Source of the DNA: Lama glama | Lineage: Eukaryota | NCBI GenBank assembly: GCA_028534125.1 | Contig: CM052817.1 | Span: 21,702,001-21,766,000, forward strand | Direction of reading: 5' to 3' | DNA length: 64,000 nt | Notes under the pieces: model-generated | The model's database searches: none | Seen by the model: the letters and a program-made list of their open reading frames with translations, nothing else | What the model was told of the DNA's origin: nothing | Program-made: the position numbers and the translations under genes | Part shown: positions 52,401 to 64,000 of the stretch, in pieces | Layout: every line of letters begins with the position of its first letter | Numbering within the stretch: position 1 is the first letter of the stretch

Positions 52401-55249
52401 ACAAGGTTATAATAAATCATGTAAGACCATACCAAGGAAAAAAAAAAAAAACCACAACTGAAATACTCAGAATCAGTAACTATACAGAAAAACTCCATAA
52501 GTAGATATTGCTCTACCTCAATCATATGCCAACATGGGAAAAAAAAGTCTGATGGGATGTAAGCAGCTCATGGAGAACTATGCTGTGCAAATGTTACCAC
52601 TGGATTAGAACTAACTGTATAGAAAGCTGTTCTTATTGCTAACCAGGTTGAATCTGCTACAGTAAACAATAAAGTCAGTGCCCAGAGGAGACAGACCAAA
52701 CTGGAGCTATTCATTTACTAACAAAGTGAAAATCTAGAAAAAGAAGTCAAACACTCCACTGGCAAACTATAAGTGATGAATGCAATAGGATATATACGAC
52801 AAGCATTCAGACATTAAAATGGAGTATTTGGAATAACGACAGTAGACATTTGAATTAATAACAGTAGTGGAAAGGTGGGAACTTCTTTGAATAGTGTTTC
52901 CCTCAGTCTGTGAAATGGGAAAGGGCACACTTATCTTAGAGGGATATAAATTTATGTTAGAAAATGATCTTACAGGAAATTGACAACATGTCATGTACAA
53001 AAGGGTTTTAGCAGATGGGACCTCGTATTTTATAAGTAACATCACTTATTATCTTTGACATAATGGTAGTGAGTAGAATATATACAATCTGTAGCACATT
53101 TCTCTGGCTCATGGGGCTAACTGTCACCCTTCTAGTATCCCCGCCAGAATTTTTACCTTCTCAGGCTTCAATGCAAGTAGCTAATCTGTCTGTAAAGTAA
53201 TTGAAATTGCACTTGACTGAAAGTCAAGCGCAAGTTCAATTTATATCATTGTAGTTGCTCTTTTAATTTTGCCACTCTACATGCTTTTATAGTAAAATAT
53301 TCAATAAATTTTGTGCAGTTTTGTTCCTAAGCTTCTTAATTATAAGGGTGTATAAACAATGTGATATTTATGTATTTTTAAAAACAGCAAATTAAATTCT
53401 ATTAAAGGACTTCACTTAGTAAAGTTGGCAAGGAATTTATGTGAGTTATGTTGAATGCTTTCTCTTCCTCACTTCAGTTGTACCAGAATCTTGGAACTAA
53501 AATGGTGAAGAAAACTGGAAAAGGGCCCAGGGTTTTAGTTACTGTAAGTATTGATCTCCTTTCAAGGTTCAATCCATATGGTCCACTAAAATTGGGAGTC
53601 AAACTCTTAAAAAGGACTTGAAAAAATTTTTCTAAAGTCAAAAATATATAAAAGGTAATCATGAAAGAGTTTTTCGCATCTCTCAGAGTACTACAGTCAA
53701 GCACAGTTCATGCTTCTACCACTCAACCATGTTTCTACTGACCTCTTTTCTAGTCTCTAGAGATCCACCAGTTCTGGGGTCAAGACCTCCAGTCTTCAAC
53801 TCATTTGCTGTTCTTCTTCTACTCTTGCCTTATCTCTCTAAGTACCTGAAAAATTTGTAAGTTAAAAGCCTACATAGGGTTTTTGTTCAGAGTGGGCCTA
53901 GTCTAAACTGCTAGGTTAACATAATATCTGTTCCTTTTACTCTGGAATTAAGGAGAGTCCATATTTTAATAAAAATCACCTGACGATTAATGGTGACAGA
54001 ACAGACAAGAAATTGTGTTTTTATCCAACTGCAACTGATGAATGCATTTATGTAAAGGGAAAAAAAAAACAGAACAAAGCACAAAACAATTATCTACAAT
54101 AAAATGCTAATAAAGCATATTGTTACATATAGCAAGATATGTGTGCTGGCACACATAACCAGCTTATCTATTTTCTTACATACACTATGAATTATACAAC
54201 TGAACAAGCTCTCCTTTTCACATAATTTTACTTTGTTATTCTGCTCCATTTCACAGATTTTTTTTTTGTTTACAAAGAGAATGGACTACATAATCAGATA
54301 AATGGATTAAATATTACCTGTCCCTTTCACAACCAAAGGGTACTGGCAATTCACTTTAATTCTTTGAGCCTTTGTTTCTGCACCCAAAAAATAAAGGTGA
54401 GAATATCCAGTTTATAGGATTGCTGTAGAGATTTTTGAATGGCTATAAACTGTGATGGTTAGAAATGCTCGAGATATTTATCACTATCCTCAACAACCCA
54501 TGAGGTATATTAATTTCACCCCTAATTTTGTGTGTATGTGTGTATGTTTAAAAAAAATATTTATCCAATTCTCTCAATTCTTCTTTCAGTTTTCAAGTCT
54601 AGGTAAAGTTTTAAGTATTCAAGACAAACAAAATGAGACATAATAAAATTTCTTAAAAATAAAAATGGCTTTTTCTCTGCTTTTAGAAACTATTAAATGC
54701 TAGTTCCTAGCACTAATAGTAATTTGAGAAATGGACAGAAAAAAATTAAGAATAAGGTGCACTAATTGATTAAGCAAATGATGATGTTAACTCTACTTAC
54801 AATATTGACAGAATAAATGAGCAATTAAAACCAATATAATGGCAATGGGGAATTGCTTTCCTAACTTTCTTAATCATTTTACTGTCAACAATGACTGTTT
54901 AAAGTAAGGTTATATGCCAAAATATTCTTCCAAAAAATTAATAGAAAATAGATAATTAAAATAAGGTTTAAAGATGATAGGAAAGATGATACCTACAAGC
55001 ACCTAGGAATGACAGAGGAATTTACATTATTACAGAATTCTCTTTAAATTAAAATAATCAAAGACCTCAGATTTGGTAATGGTACTTAAAAAATAACTTT
55101 ATCCATTCAATTAAGAATATCTTGTATAGTCAATGACCATCTTCTAGCATAAAATAAGGTAAAATTTTTAAGTTACAGGACACAATTTATTGGAAAGCTT
55201 TTTTGGATTTAAGTCCAGTGTTGTTTCCCAAGATTTATTTTTCTCTAAG

Positions 55250-55370
55250 TAAGCGTGATAGTAGTGACAGTTCCACAATAATGTAAACGTGTTTAATGCC
55301 ACTAAATTGTACACTGAAAAACAGTCAAAATAACTTTTATGTTATTTGTATTTTACCACAATAAAAAAAT
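55250..55370 (+). mobile_element. L1MB-type 3' end fragment
   Basis: gatagtagtgacagttccacaataatgtaaacgtgtttaatgccactaaattgtacact...tattttaccacaataaaaaaa. Confidence 0.8.
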
Positions 55371-55769
55371 TCAAAAGATAGGAAGCTACATTTTATTGAC
55401 AAAACAGGTTATTTCCTAACACTTTAAAAAATAATGATTAACTTTTTTTGAAAAAAGAAATTATTCCTTAATTGTGAGTCCTTTTTTTTTTACCCCTTTC
55501 TCATTATTTTTTCCTTATGATTTCTTGTATTTTCCCATGTTCCTTTAAAATGTGGAAACCTGTAACTGACGTCATACTAGAAAACAGAAGAGGAGTACTG
55601 TTCCTGTTGGGCTCTGCTATTGCCATGGCTGTGAGATTTCCCCTGTCTGGCTTCCCTACTCTACTGGAGGTTTCTGTTTATTATTTTTACAGTATCATAA
55701 GGATATTTGTTTATATCAGAGAATTAAGTCAAAATACATATTTTTTATTACTAAGACTGAATATATACA

Positions 55770-56300
55770 TAAAATGATGTTAGAATAATTATTGTCCTTT
55801 TGGTATATACTAAATGGAAGTGTCTATACAGTTTTACCAAAAGTCATATGCAAATTGTTAAAATTATACCAGGTATAATATTCAAAATGGATATAATCCA
55901 AATTTTTTTCAATAGTAGTACAATAACTAAATAGTGGTATATTCAAATAATGATGAACTATATAGCCATGAGAATAAACAACTATTGCCATGCCCACTAG
56001 TATTGATTGATTTTACAAACATACTATTGAACTGAAAAAGGTAGCCACAAAAAGATGCACACAATATGATTCCATTTACTTAAAGCAGGAAGAGACGAGA
56101 AGGTTACCTACAGTGTTAGAAGTATGGAGAGTGGCTATCTAGGGAGAAGCCGTGTCTGGGAGCAGGATGCAGACACTTCGTGGGGTGTGGCAATGTTCCA
56201 GTGCTCCGTCTGGATGCTAGTTACTTTGTGAAAATTCACTTAAAGGTACATATTTCTTCATGCATGCTATATGGCAATAAGAAATGTACTTAAAATTTTA
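55770..56300 (+). mobile_element. L1ME-type 3' UTR fragment
   Basis: aaatagtggtatattcaaataatg...atatgattccatttac...ttactttgtgaaaattcact...caataagaaa. Confidence 0.7.
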
Positions 56301-57649
56301 AAAGTCCTGAATTCTGTTCTATGGTTAGCATGTATGTAGCTCAAATTCTTTCAGTTTCTCTACAATTTCTATACATGAAAAAGCAAAGGGACTGGCAGTG
56401 GCAGACTGGCAAAAATCCAAATCACTGAAGACAATAGCCACAGAAACAATAATGAAATAGCTTTCAGGAAATACCAAAACAAGAATTGAAATAAAATATT
56501 AGCAGTTTAATGATACTTTTGAATGTCTAACTTAAGAATTTTACTACACCATTAAATAGTGTATCAGCATGTCAATGCAGTGGTTTGTACCCACTGTTAG
56601 TCCTGAGACTCTCAGCTAGTTGTGTGTGTACTTAATCAGTTGTTCCCTATTTCACTTTGCATTTTTTTAAACTTTCCATAAGGGTATTGTTTTGCTCTTT
56701 TCTCCTTTTTTTGTGGGGAAAAATATTGATATCAAATTGTACTCTTTAAAAAATCTGATCTTGTAAAGAAATCCACACTACTTGTTTCATCTGTAAATGG
56801 AATGAGTATAGACTAAGTTCTTTACCCAGGTCACGGGCAGAGATTTTAGGTAATATTTGCCTCAGGATACATTTCCCATGGTGACTGTGATTGGAGAGTC
56901 GGCTGCGGGCTGTAAAGCAGTCCTTTTGGTTATAATCCTTCCCACATGGCATTTACCCAAGACTTTAGTTTTCAGAGGCAGCAATTATTTCCCCAAACTA
57001 GCATAGTCCGGGGCTCTCTATTACAGGCTCACTTCATCCTTGTTTTTTGTGATCAAAAAATCTCCTGCCTTCAGGCAAGGTGGGTCCCACAGCCACTGTT
57101 GTTTTCCTAACACTGCTCAACTCCTCTCCTCCTTTTGAAGCCGTAACTCACTGTGTCTGGGGAGTACAGTATTTTTGTCTGCCCTCTCTTCCTGGCCCTC
57201 TCCTATTTGCCCTAGCTACACAGCCAGCAGAATGTCACATTAGGTGTCCTAAAGAGTGCTAGTATTATTTTTGAGCCATTTCCATCCTTCAGAGGCAGGA
57301 CTGGCTAATCAACTGAGATGAATGGGACACACTATAAGCAGAGTGGTCCTAGGAAAAGATAACGCTCTATGGCACACCTGCCTTCTTCACTGTGCACTAG
57401 ACATTTAGAAGATTTAACTGCTGCTGCAAAAGAGGCTTCTAGGAAAGAAACCATAATTCCATAGGAATTTAACTCACTCAACCATCATCTCCAATGCGAG
57501 TAACACAAGAAACTCTGAAGTGGCCTAGTGTCAAGAGACCAGCTAGGCCACCCATACTTAAATGCCAGTGGAAAACAAGTCTCTTCTGCTTTCTCAGCTA
57601 CAGCCAAATCTATGTGTGATGAGACCGTTTAGTTCCAAGGAGAATATTT

Positions 57650-57870
57650 GCATTTAACTTCTATTGAGCACTCAATGCACACAGCACCATTTCTAAAACT
57701 TCATCTGCATTATCTCAATTAATCCTGTGATAAAACTCTGAATTATAAAATCTTAATGTTTATTCTAGAGATGTGAAAACTGAGGCAAAAAGAAATTTAG
57801 TCATATGTTTCAAAACATACAACACGTAGCCTTTGGAACTGAGATTCCTGGGCTGATTCTGGAATCTCCA
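57650..57870 (-). mobile_element. MIR SINE
   Basis: gcattatctcaattaatcctgtg...agatgtgaaaactgaggcaaaa. Confidence 0.7.
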
Positions 57871-58085
57871 CGAAGTGTATCAATGCTCTGAGTCCTGTGC
57901 TCCTGAAATGGGGATGTGAAATCTTAATGAGACGCAAGGAAAAATCTCCCTCTCTGTATTATTCTCTTAGGGCGGCCACAACAAAGCATCACAAACTAGG
58001 TGAGTTTCAATAACTTGCCCAAGATCTTGAGATTAGTATGTGAAGCCAGGATTAAAACCCTGGTGGTCTGAATCCAAAGCCTTGT

Positions 58086-58545
58086 GTATTAGTTTCCTGT
58101 AACTGCGGTAACAAATTACCAAAAACTAGATGGCTAATGACAACAGAAATTTATTGTCTCATAGTTTTGAAAGCTGGAAGTTTGAAATCAAGGTGTCAGC
58201 AGAGCCATGGACCTGAAACCCACAGGGCCTCCTTGCTTGCCTCTTCCTAGCTTCTGCTGGTTTTCCATCGATCCTTGACAACCCTTGGTTGTAACTGCGT
58301 AACTCCAGTCTGTATCTCTGTCATCACACTGCATTCTGTGTGCGTCTGTTCTCACATGGCTATCTTCTTTATAAGGACACCAATCATACTGGATTAGGAG
58401 CCCACCCTACTCTAATAGGACCTCATCTCAGCTTAACTAATTACATCTGCAACAAAGTTATGTGTTAATAAGATCACATTCGGAGGTAGTGGGGGTTAGA
58501 ATATATCTTTTTTGAGGGGGAAGAAAGTATACAGTTCAACATCAA
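58086..58545 (-). mobile_element. MaLR MLT1(B/C-like) LTR
   Basis: tgtattagtttcctgtaactgcggtaacaaattacc...cagaaatttattgtctcatagttttg...tataaggacaccaatcatactggattagg. Confidence 0.88.
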
Positions 58546-59267
58546 AATCATCTCCTTTATGTTCTCATAGCCCTGAATCTTAAAATATTTAAAGAAATAT
58601 CACTGTCTAACTTATTACAATGCATCTGCTCATATGTGTTACCTGCCTATTAGAGTATGAGATGTCAACAGGTCAATAGCTACCACATCTTACATTTTGT
58701 TACCCCTTGACTATTTTTTGATAGGAACTTGTACAATTAATATATTTTTGAATAAGTAAATGAATAATTTTGATGCATACCTGTATTAGGTACATATTGG
58801 TGCATAACACATTACTCTCAAACTTAAAAAAACATGCATTTATTGTTTCAGTTTATCTGGATGAGAAATCTAAAAGCTTAAATTAGGTTTTATATTTCTT
58901 TCAATATGATTTTATTTTTTACTTACTACGGTAACTATAGACATGAGCCTCAGTAAATTGATTAGGATTTAAAGAGAGATAAGGTAGTGGTCTATATGGT
59001 AGTAGTGTAAAGAGCACAGCACAGTCTCAATTTTACATAGATTTCATTTGGTTAGCAATTCTTATCAGAAAAGCATTACACAAGGCATTGTGGAGATGTC
59101 AAATAAGTAAGCCATTGTTCTTGGATTTAACATTGTCACAGCAAGAAAGCAGAATCTGAAAAGTAGAAAAAAACTAACAAACAACAAATAAATGTATATT
59201 GGTTATACTAAGACCAGGTACTAACTTTCCTAGTTCAGTTAGTCCAATAATACTTCTATTCAGTTTT

Positions 59268-59486
59268 TTCTCCTCTATGTTTAATCTTTTTAACATTTTT
59301 TTGAGTTATAATCATTTTACAATGTTGCATCAAATTCCAGTGAAGAGCACACTTTTTCAGTTATACATGAACATATATATATTCATTGTCACACATTTTT
59401 TTCTCTGTGAGCTACCATAATATCTTGTATATATTTCCCTGTGCTGTACATTATAATCTTGTTTATCTATTCTACATTTTGAAATC
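59268..59486 (-). mobile_element. L1 3'-end fragment (camelid-type, more diverged copy)
   Basis: Homologous to 9683-9866 and 43814-44008; TSD ct(at/aa)tcagtttt at 59256-59267 and 59487-59498 followed by aa. Confidence 0.8.
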
Positions 59487-59518
59487 CTAATCAGTTTTAA
59501 AAACTGTTTTGTAATGTC

Positions 59519-59775
59519 TTTTTTAAATTTTTTTTTAAATTGAAGTATAGTTGATTTATAATGTTTCAGGTATACAGCAAAGTGATTCAGTTATACACAT
59601 ATATTACTTTTCAGATTCTTTTCCATTATAGGTTATTATAAGGTATTGAATATAGTTCCATGTGTCATACAGTAGGTCCTTGCTTTTTATCTATTTTACA
59701 TATAGTAGTGTGTATCCCAAATTCCTAATTTATCCCTCCCCACCTTTCCCCCTTTGGTAATCATAAGTTTGTCTT
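59519..59775 (-). mobile_element. Artiodactyl-type L1 3' end fragment
   Basis: Poly-T then ttgaagtatagttgatttataatgtttcaggtatacagcaaagtgattcagttatac...ccctttggtaatcataagtttg. Confidence 0.85.
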
Positions 59776-59999
59776 ATATACATACATGTATATATACATG
59801 TATGCATATAAATAATATATAATATTCATATTCTTACTGAAAGCTGCTTAAACACTTTTGTATAGATAAAGAGAAGGAAAACCTTATATTCCTGACACTA
59901 TTACTCTTCCCTAACCTTCGCCCTTTCCATTCTTGCTTACTTTTCTAATTTGAGGAGTAGAATTATGCAAACAAGTTCCAGATTCTCCAGTGTAAAGTC

Positions 60000-60400
60000 A
60001 TTCCACATATTAGTTGAGCACCTGTTATGCCCCAGACATTACAGTTAGGAGGAGACAGGACAGATGAAATCTCATCCTTCATAGATCACACAGCCTACTG
60101 AATAAATTAGGTAAATAAAACGACAACAATAACAAAAGAACAATGAAAAAGGAGGGAAATGACTGACTAAAAGAATGGCAGTGTGTAGTGGATCCAGTAG
60201 AGAAAACTAAGTGGTGCCATGGAAATACTGGAGAAGGAACTAGACTGGAGGTGGATAATACTTCCCTCAGACATAGCAATCACTGAGGAGGAGATCATTT
60301 AATCTGAAACACTAAGATTAAGAAAAGGACAGTCATATCAAGAAGAGGGGGAAGCAGATGTCCAGAAGGAAGGAATAGTATGTATAAAAGATCTCAAATA
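60000..60400 (-). mobile_element. LINE-2 3' fragment
   Basis: ttgagcacctgttatgccccagacatt...ttccagaaggaaggaatagtatgtataaaag-like motifs. Confidence 0.55.
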
Positions 60401-60729
60401 TCTTTCAACTTTGAGTCTAAAGTCTCAGAGTTTGTATGCTGAGGAACTCAATAAAGTCAAAATAATATATTTATGAAAGGATATGGATAAATGACTATCT
60501 CTTCCAGGACAGGAATTCCAGCTGAGTCTGACTAGATACCACCCAGTGAGATTTTCCTCAGGAGCTCCTAGTGTTCTGTTTAGGAGAAGAAACGTGTCTC
60601 TTTATAGAAATCATATGAACAGCATAAAAGAGACACTGCAGAAAATGCTTTAACTCTTTCAGAGGCAGTTCTTTTGGTCCAATGATCATGAAAGTCATTT
60701 ATTTGACAAAATGTTGGTAGGTAATAGTT

Positions 60730-60900
60730 AATGTTTATTGAGCAGATATTCCATGCCAGATCCCAATCCAAGCATGTTATAAAAATTGTTCAACTTAATT
60801 CTAAGATTTATCCTATAAAGCAGATACTATTGACATTGCTTAGTTTACAAATGAGAAAACTTAGGTTTAGACAGGTTTAAAACCTTGTCTAGTGTCACAT
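60730..60900 (-). mobile_element. MIR SINE
   Basis: tttacaaatgagaaaacttaggtttagacaggtttaaaaccttgtctagtgtcaca. Confidence 0.7.
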
Positions 60901-61446
60901 AATGTCATTATAAACTGTAATGATAAGCCTGAAATATTGTATAGTTTGAAATTATTGCATGTTAAGTAGTAAGCTTTGCAAAATAGGATGTGAATACACA
61001 CAGAGACCAATACAATAAGATTCCTGATATGCAGATGCTCACATCTCTCTGGCTTGTACAAAGAGTTGAACTAAAAGATAAACATCGGAAACTATGCTGA
61101 GATTATATAACAAGATAGCAGCTGAGGAAAAAGTAACTAATGGCATAAATTCGCCTGACATATAGAATAAGAATCCATGTAACATTTGAGTTTAGATAGT
61201 CCTACATTCTCTTTGCCTACTCATGATTACATGGATTTTGTTTCACGAATGTCCTTTGATTATTGTAAGATAAATTTATGAAAAATTTCTATTATAAATC
61301 TGCCAAAGCTCTCACATTAAAAAACAAAACCAGAACAATTCTAAATAGATTGTTCAAGATCTATAAAAAGATATAGTTCATGAAAGAGTAACATATGGAA
61401 AATCTGACTTTATTTATTCCTTTAAAATGTAAGAAAAAAATAAGAG

Positions 61447-61885
61447 TGCCAACTAAAAACTGGCACTTGTCATCTGCCTCTACAAGGATTAAATCATTAG
61501 CCACTGCTGTTGCTGACCTTCAACATACCCTGAAAGGAGTTCAGGGCAGAGATCTGGAATGAAGTACAATCTGTGCTCTGGGAAAAAAACTGGCAGAACA
61601 GGCCTTCAGATAGTTAGGTATTTTCAGATTTTATGAACCCAAATTCTTGCATTTCTCATATCTAGAAAAGCACTAAAATCATTAATAGAGGCACCTGCTC
61701 CTTGTGACTAGCAGCAAGCTTCTCCCAAAATGTGTGCTTGATTGCCTTACCCCTCTTCTGAGTTTCCCCTCCGCCTCTCCAGAACAGTTCCTCAGAGCTA
61801 TCTGAGACACTGTCTCCTGGGCTATTTTGCCCCAAATAAAAACTTTACTTACAACTCTCATATTGTACATATTTTTCAGTTGACA
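61447..61885 (+). mobile_element. Solo ERV1-class LTR
   Basis: Inverted termini tgccaactaaaaa and tttttcagttgaca; AATAAA near 61835; TSD not clean. Confidence 0.75.
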
Positions 61886-62270
61886 AAGGCAGGGCTAAAA
61901 TACTTGTTGACTAATATTCTAATAGTTGAATAACTCATAGTCAATTTTAAATTACTAATGATCCCTAAAGAAAATCAAGCTTAATACACATTTTGAAAAT
62001 CATGTTACCAGTTATTGGTTATACGATTACTTAAATAATAAACATACAGAAAGAAGATAAAATTTTAGTGTTTAATAAAACATATTGTGTTTCACTGAAT
62101 TATATATATTTTAATATATCAAAATTTAATATGTATTTTTCTACACACACCCATATATACAGAAATACACACATATGCCCATATAATAGTAATAATTTTA
62201 CCTTAGATTTTCAATGAAAAACATTTAAAAATTATAGATTTTATAAGTGAAAATGCATTCAGAATCAGAA

Positions 62271-62926
62271 CGTTAGAGCAGGCAGATAGCTAGATATGAG
62301 CAGAGAAAGGGAGACACAGGCCAAATGGCAGGAATTGGGCAGAAAGGAGGGGGTACAGGCCAAATGCAGGAAACCCACATCAGGTAAGCATCAGAGGTCC
62401 CTGGGCAGAGAAAGAAAAGCAGGAACCTCTGGCCTGATAAGCGTTCATACATTTTGGGGTGACAAGTGTCCTGGAGGCCAACAAAGAAAGGTAGGAGAAG
62501 GCAGGGATCTCCAGTGTTCAAATGTAACCTTTTGTTCATTATGCCCTTATCTCAATAAAACTAGCCTTTCAGATTAGAAGTACCATCATGCACTGATACC
62601 ATGACACTTTCCATCCAGACTAAATAAAGATAAAAATCCCTCCTCCCTTTGGGAAGGTGGAATTGGGGTGAAAATCAGGGAATAGGACCCCAAACCCTTC
62701 CCTCCCCAATGAATATTCCACCTATTCATTTTTATACTTTATGTAACCAACTTGCCAAAGAAACTCAGGGCAGCTGCTCCCCTGAGCCTGCCGGCTCTCC
62801 CCTTGAGAGTGTACTATCCATCCCTTAATAAATCCTCACTTTTCTTTCTTAACCTCTGCATTTTGTCTCTGAATTCTTTCTGGAATGGGACAGGAACCTG
62901 GACACTGGCTGCATCTACCAGCAACA
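62271..62926 (+). mobile_element. Solo ERV1-class LTR
   Basis: (c)gtt...aaca termini, 4-bp TSD agaa (62267-62270, 62927-62930), AATAAA at 62827-62832 followed by a U5-like pyrimidine tract. Confidence 0.85.
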
Positions 62927-63127
62927 AGAATACTAATAAATGTAAAGATACATAATTTATTACTTAAATAAACTACCAAAATACCCCCAAAGTGAAATAA
63001 TTTCTACTAGTTTACATTAGAAAAAGCAATGAAAAAGATGAGGTTTACCTATGGAAGTAGATATTTGAAATACGAGGAAATTCAAGCATTTTAGAGATTG
63101 TGAAACAGAGCTTTTTGTTGCTTTTTT

Positions 63128-63660
63128 GCTCTAAGGAAATAAAAGAAGACCAACCAAATAAGAAAAACAAAGGCTATTCATTCAGAACTTGCTTTAGCAA
63201 GGGAGTCAGACACTGCCACTTGTGTTTTGGCACTTGAAGAGAGGCAGAGGCATAGGGAAGCTTTAAAGTAAAAAAGGAAGCCTTCAGGTATGCCCTGATC
63301 AGAGATTTAGTAGATGGAAACTGTAGGTGTGCTAACTAGAAATGAGGCATCCTATGTGACTGATAAAGGGTCACACATTTGATTTTCCTTGGTTTGTCCT
63401 CAATTGGAAGCAGGGACAAAAATTAAAGAAGCTGTCAGTTATTAATCAAGTCCTGGCCATTTTGGGCTAATTGTTATGGAAGTTATTATTTATCTCCTCA
63501 GATTGTTCCTAAAGATAGCAGTCTGACTTCCTATAAGTATAACTTACAGCAGGCTAACTTCCTGTGTTGTTTCTTGTATATAAGAGGGTTGACTTCCTAG
63601 ACAGGTGTCTGCAAGTTGTGGATCAGTGTACTATTTTTATATGTGGTTCTGCAATTTTTT
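63128..63660 (-). mobile_element. Degenerate ERV1-class LTR
   Basis: LTR-like composition resembling MER4-group LTRs. Boundaries approximate. Confidence 0.5.
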
Positions 63661-64000
63661 GTTTGCATTAGTTTTTCCTCTCCTTATTTGGTTTTCTTTC
63701 TCTACAATTAAATTCTCTCCAATTAAAAATGAGGATAGTCTAAAAGGTTGCAAGCACTGATACTTGAAACATAAAAGTAGCTTCCCTGTGTGTGTGGGGT
63801 TGGGGGGTTTGGCTGTATCTATAACAAATTCTGGTAATGTTGACAAGTTTTCTCTTTTCACTCTAGAAAATACAATCTTTTTACAAATAAACACAGGGAG
63901 CTTTTTGGCAATAGAAGAGTTTACAATGGTAGGATAATATTGGACTATGTTTTTCCTGATAATAGTAGAGATTAGATCTTTTCTTTCTTTTGTGTTTTTC

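Overview
This window is AT-rich, CpG-depleted placental-mammal genomic DNA, not prokaryotic or viral. No protein-coding gene can be supported. The listed ORFs are chance ORFs, microsatellite read-throughs, read-throughs of an assembly gap, or a decayed L1 ORF1 fragment, so the region is most likely intergenic or deep intronic. It is a mosaic of transposable-element fossils: L1 3' ends and ORF1/ORF2 remnants, L2, MIR, hAT-Charlie DNA elements (MER5A, MER20, MER58), MaLR/ERVL LTRs and several solo ERV LTRs with target-site duplications (TSDs). Three copies of a young L1 3' end that I recall from camelid (Camelus/Vicugna) genomes, plus the lack of recognisable Alu, B1, Bov-tA, CAN or PRE1 SINEs, suggest a camelid source; this is an inference. 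A 500-N gap has a 199-bp duplicated flank, probably an assembly artefact. I found no evidence of a novel multi-gene system. The most informative structures are (1) an L1 insertion carrying a ~218-bp 3' transduction with a perfect 16-bp TSD, (2) a miniature twin-priming 5' inversion, (3) recurrent truncation of the young L1 at nearly the same point, (4) a candidate ancient tRNA-derived SINE, (5) a 20-bp-arm hairpin and (6) a young ERV2-like solo LTR. Repeat family names come from recalled consensus sequences, and the boundaries of old repeats are approximate.
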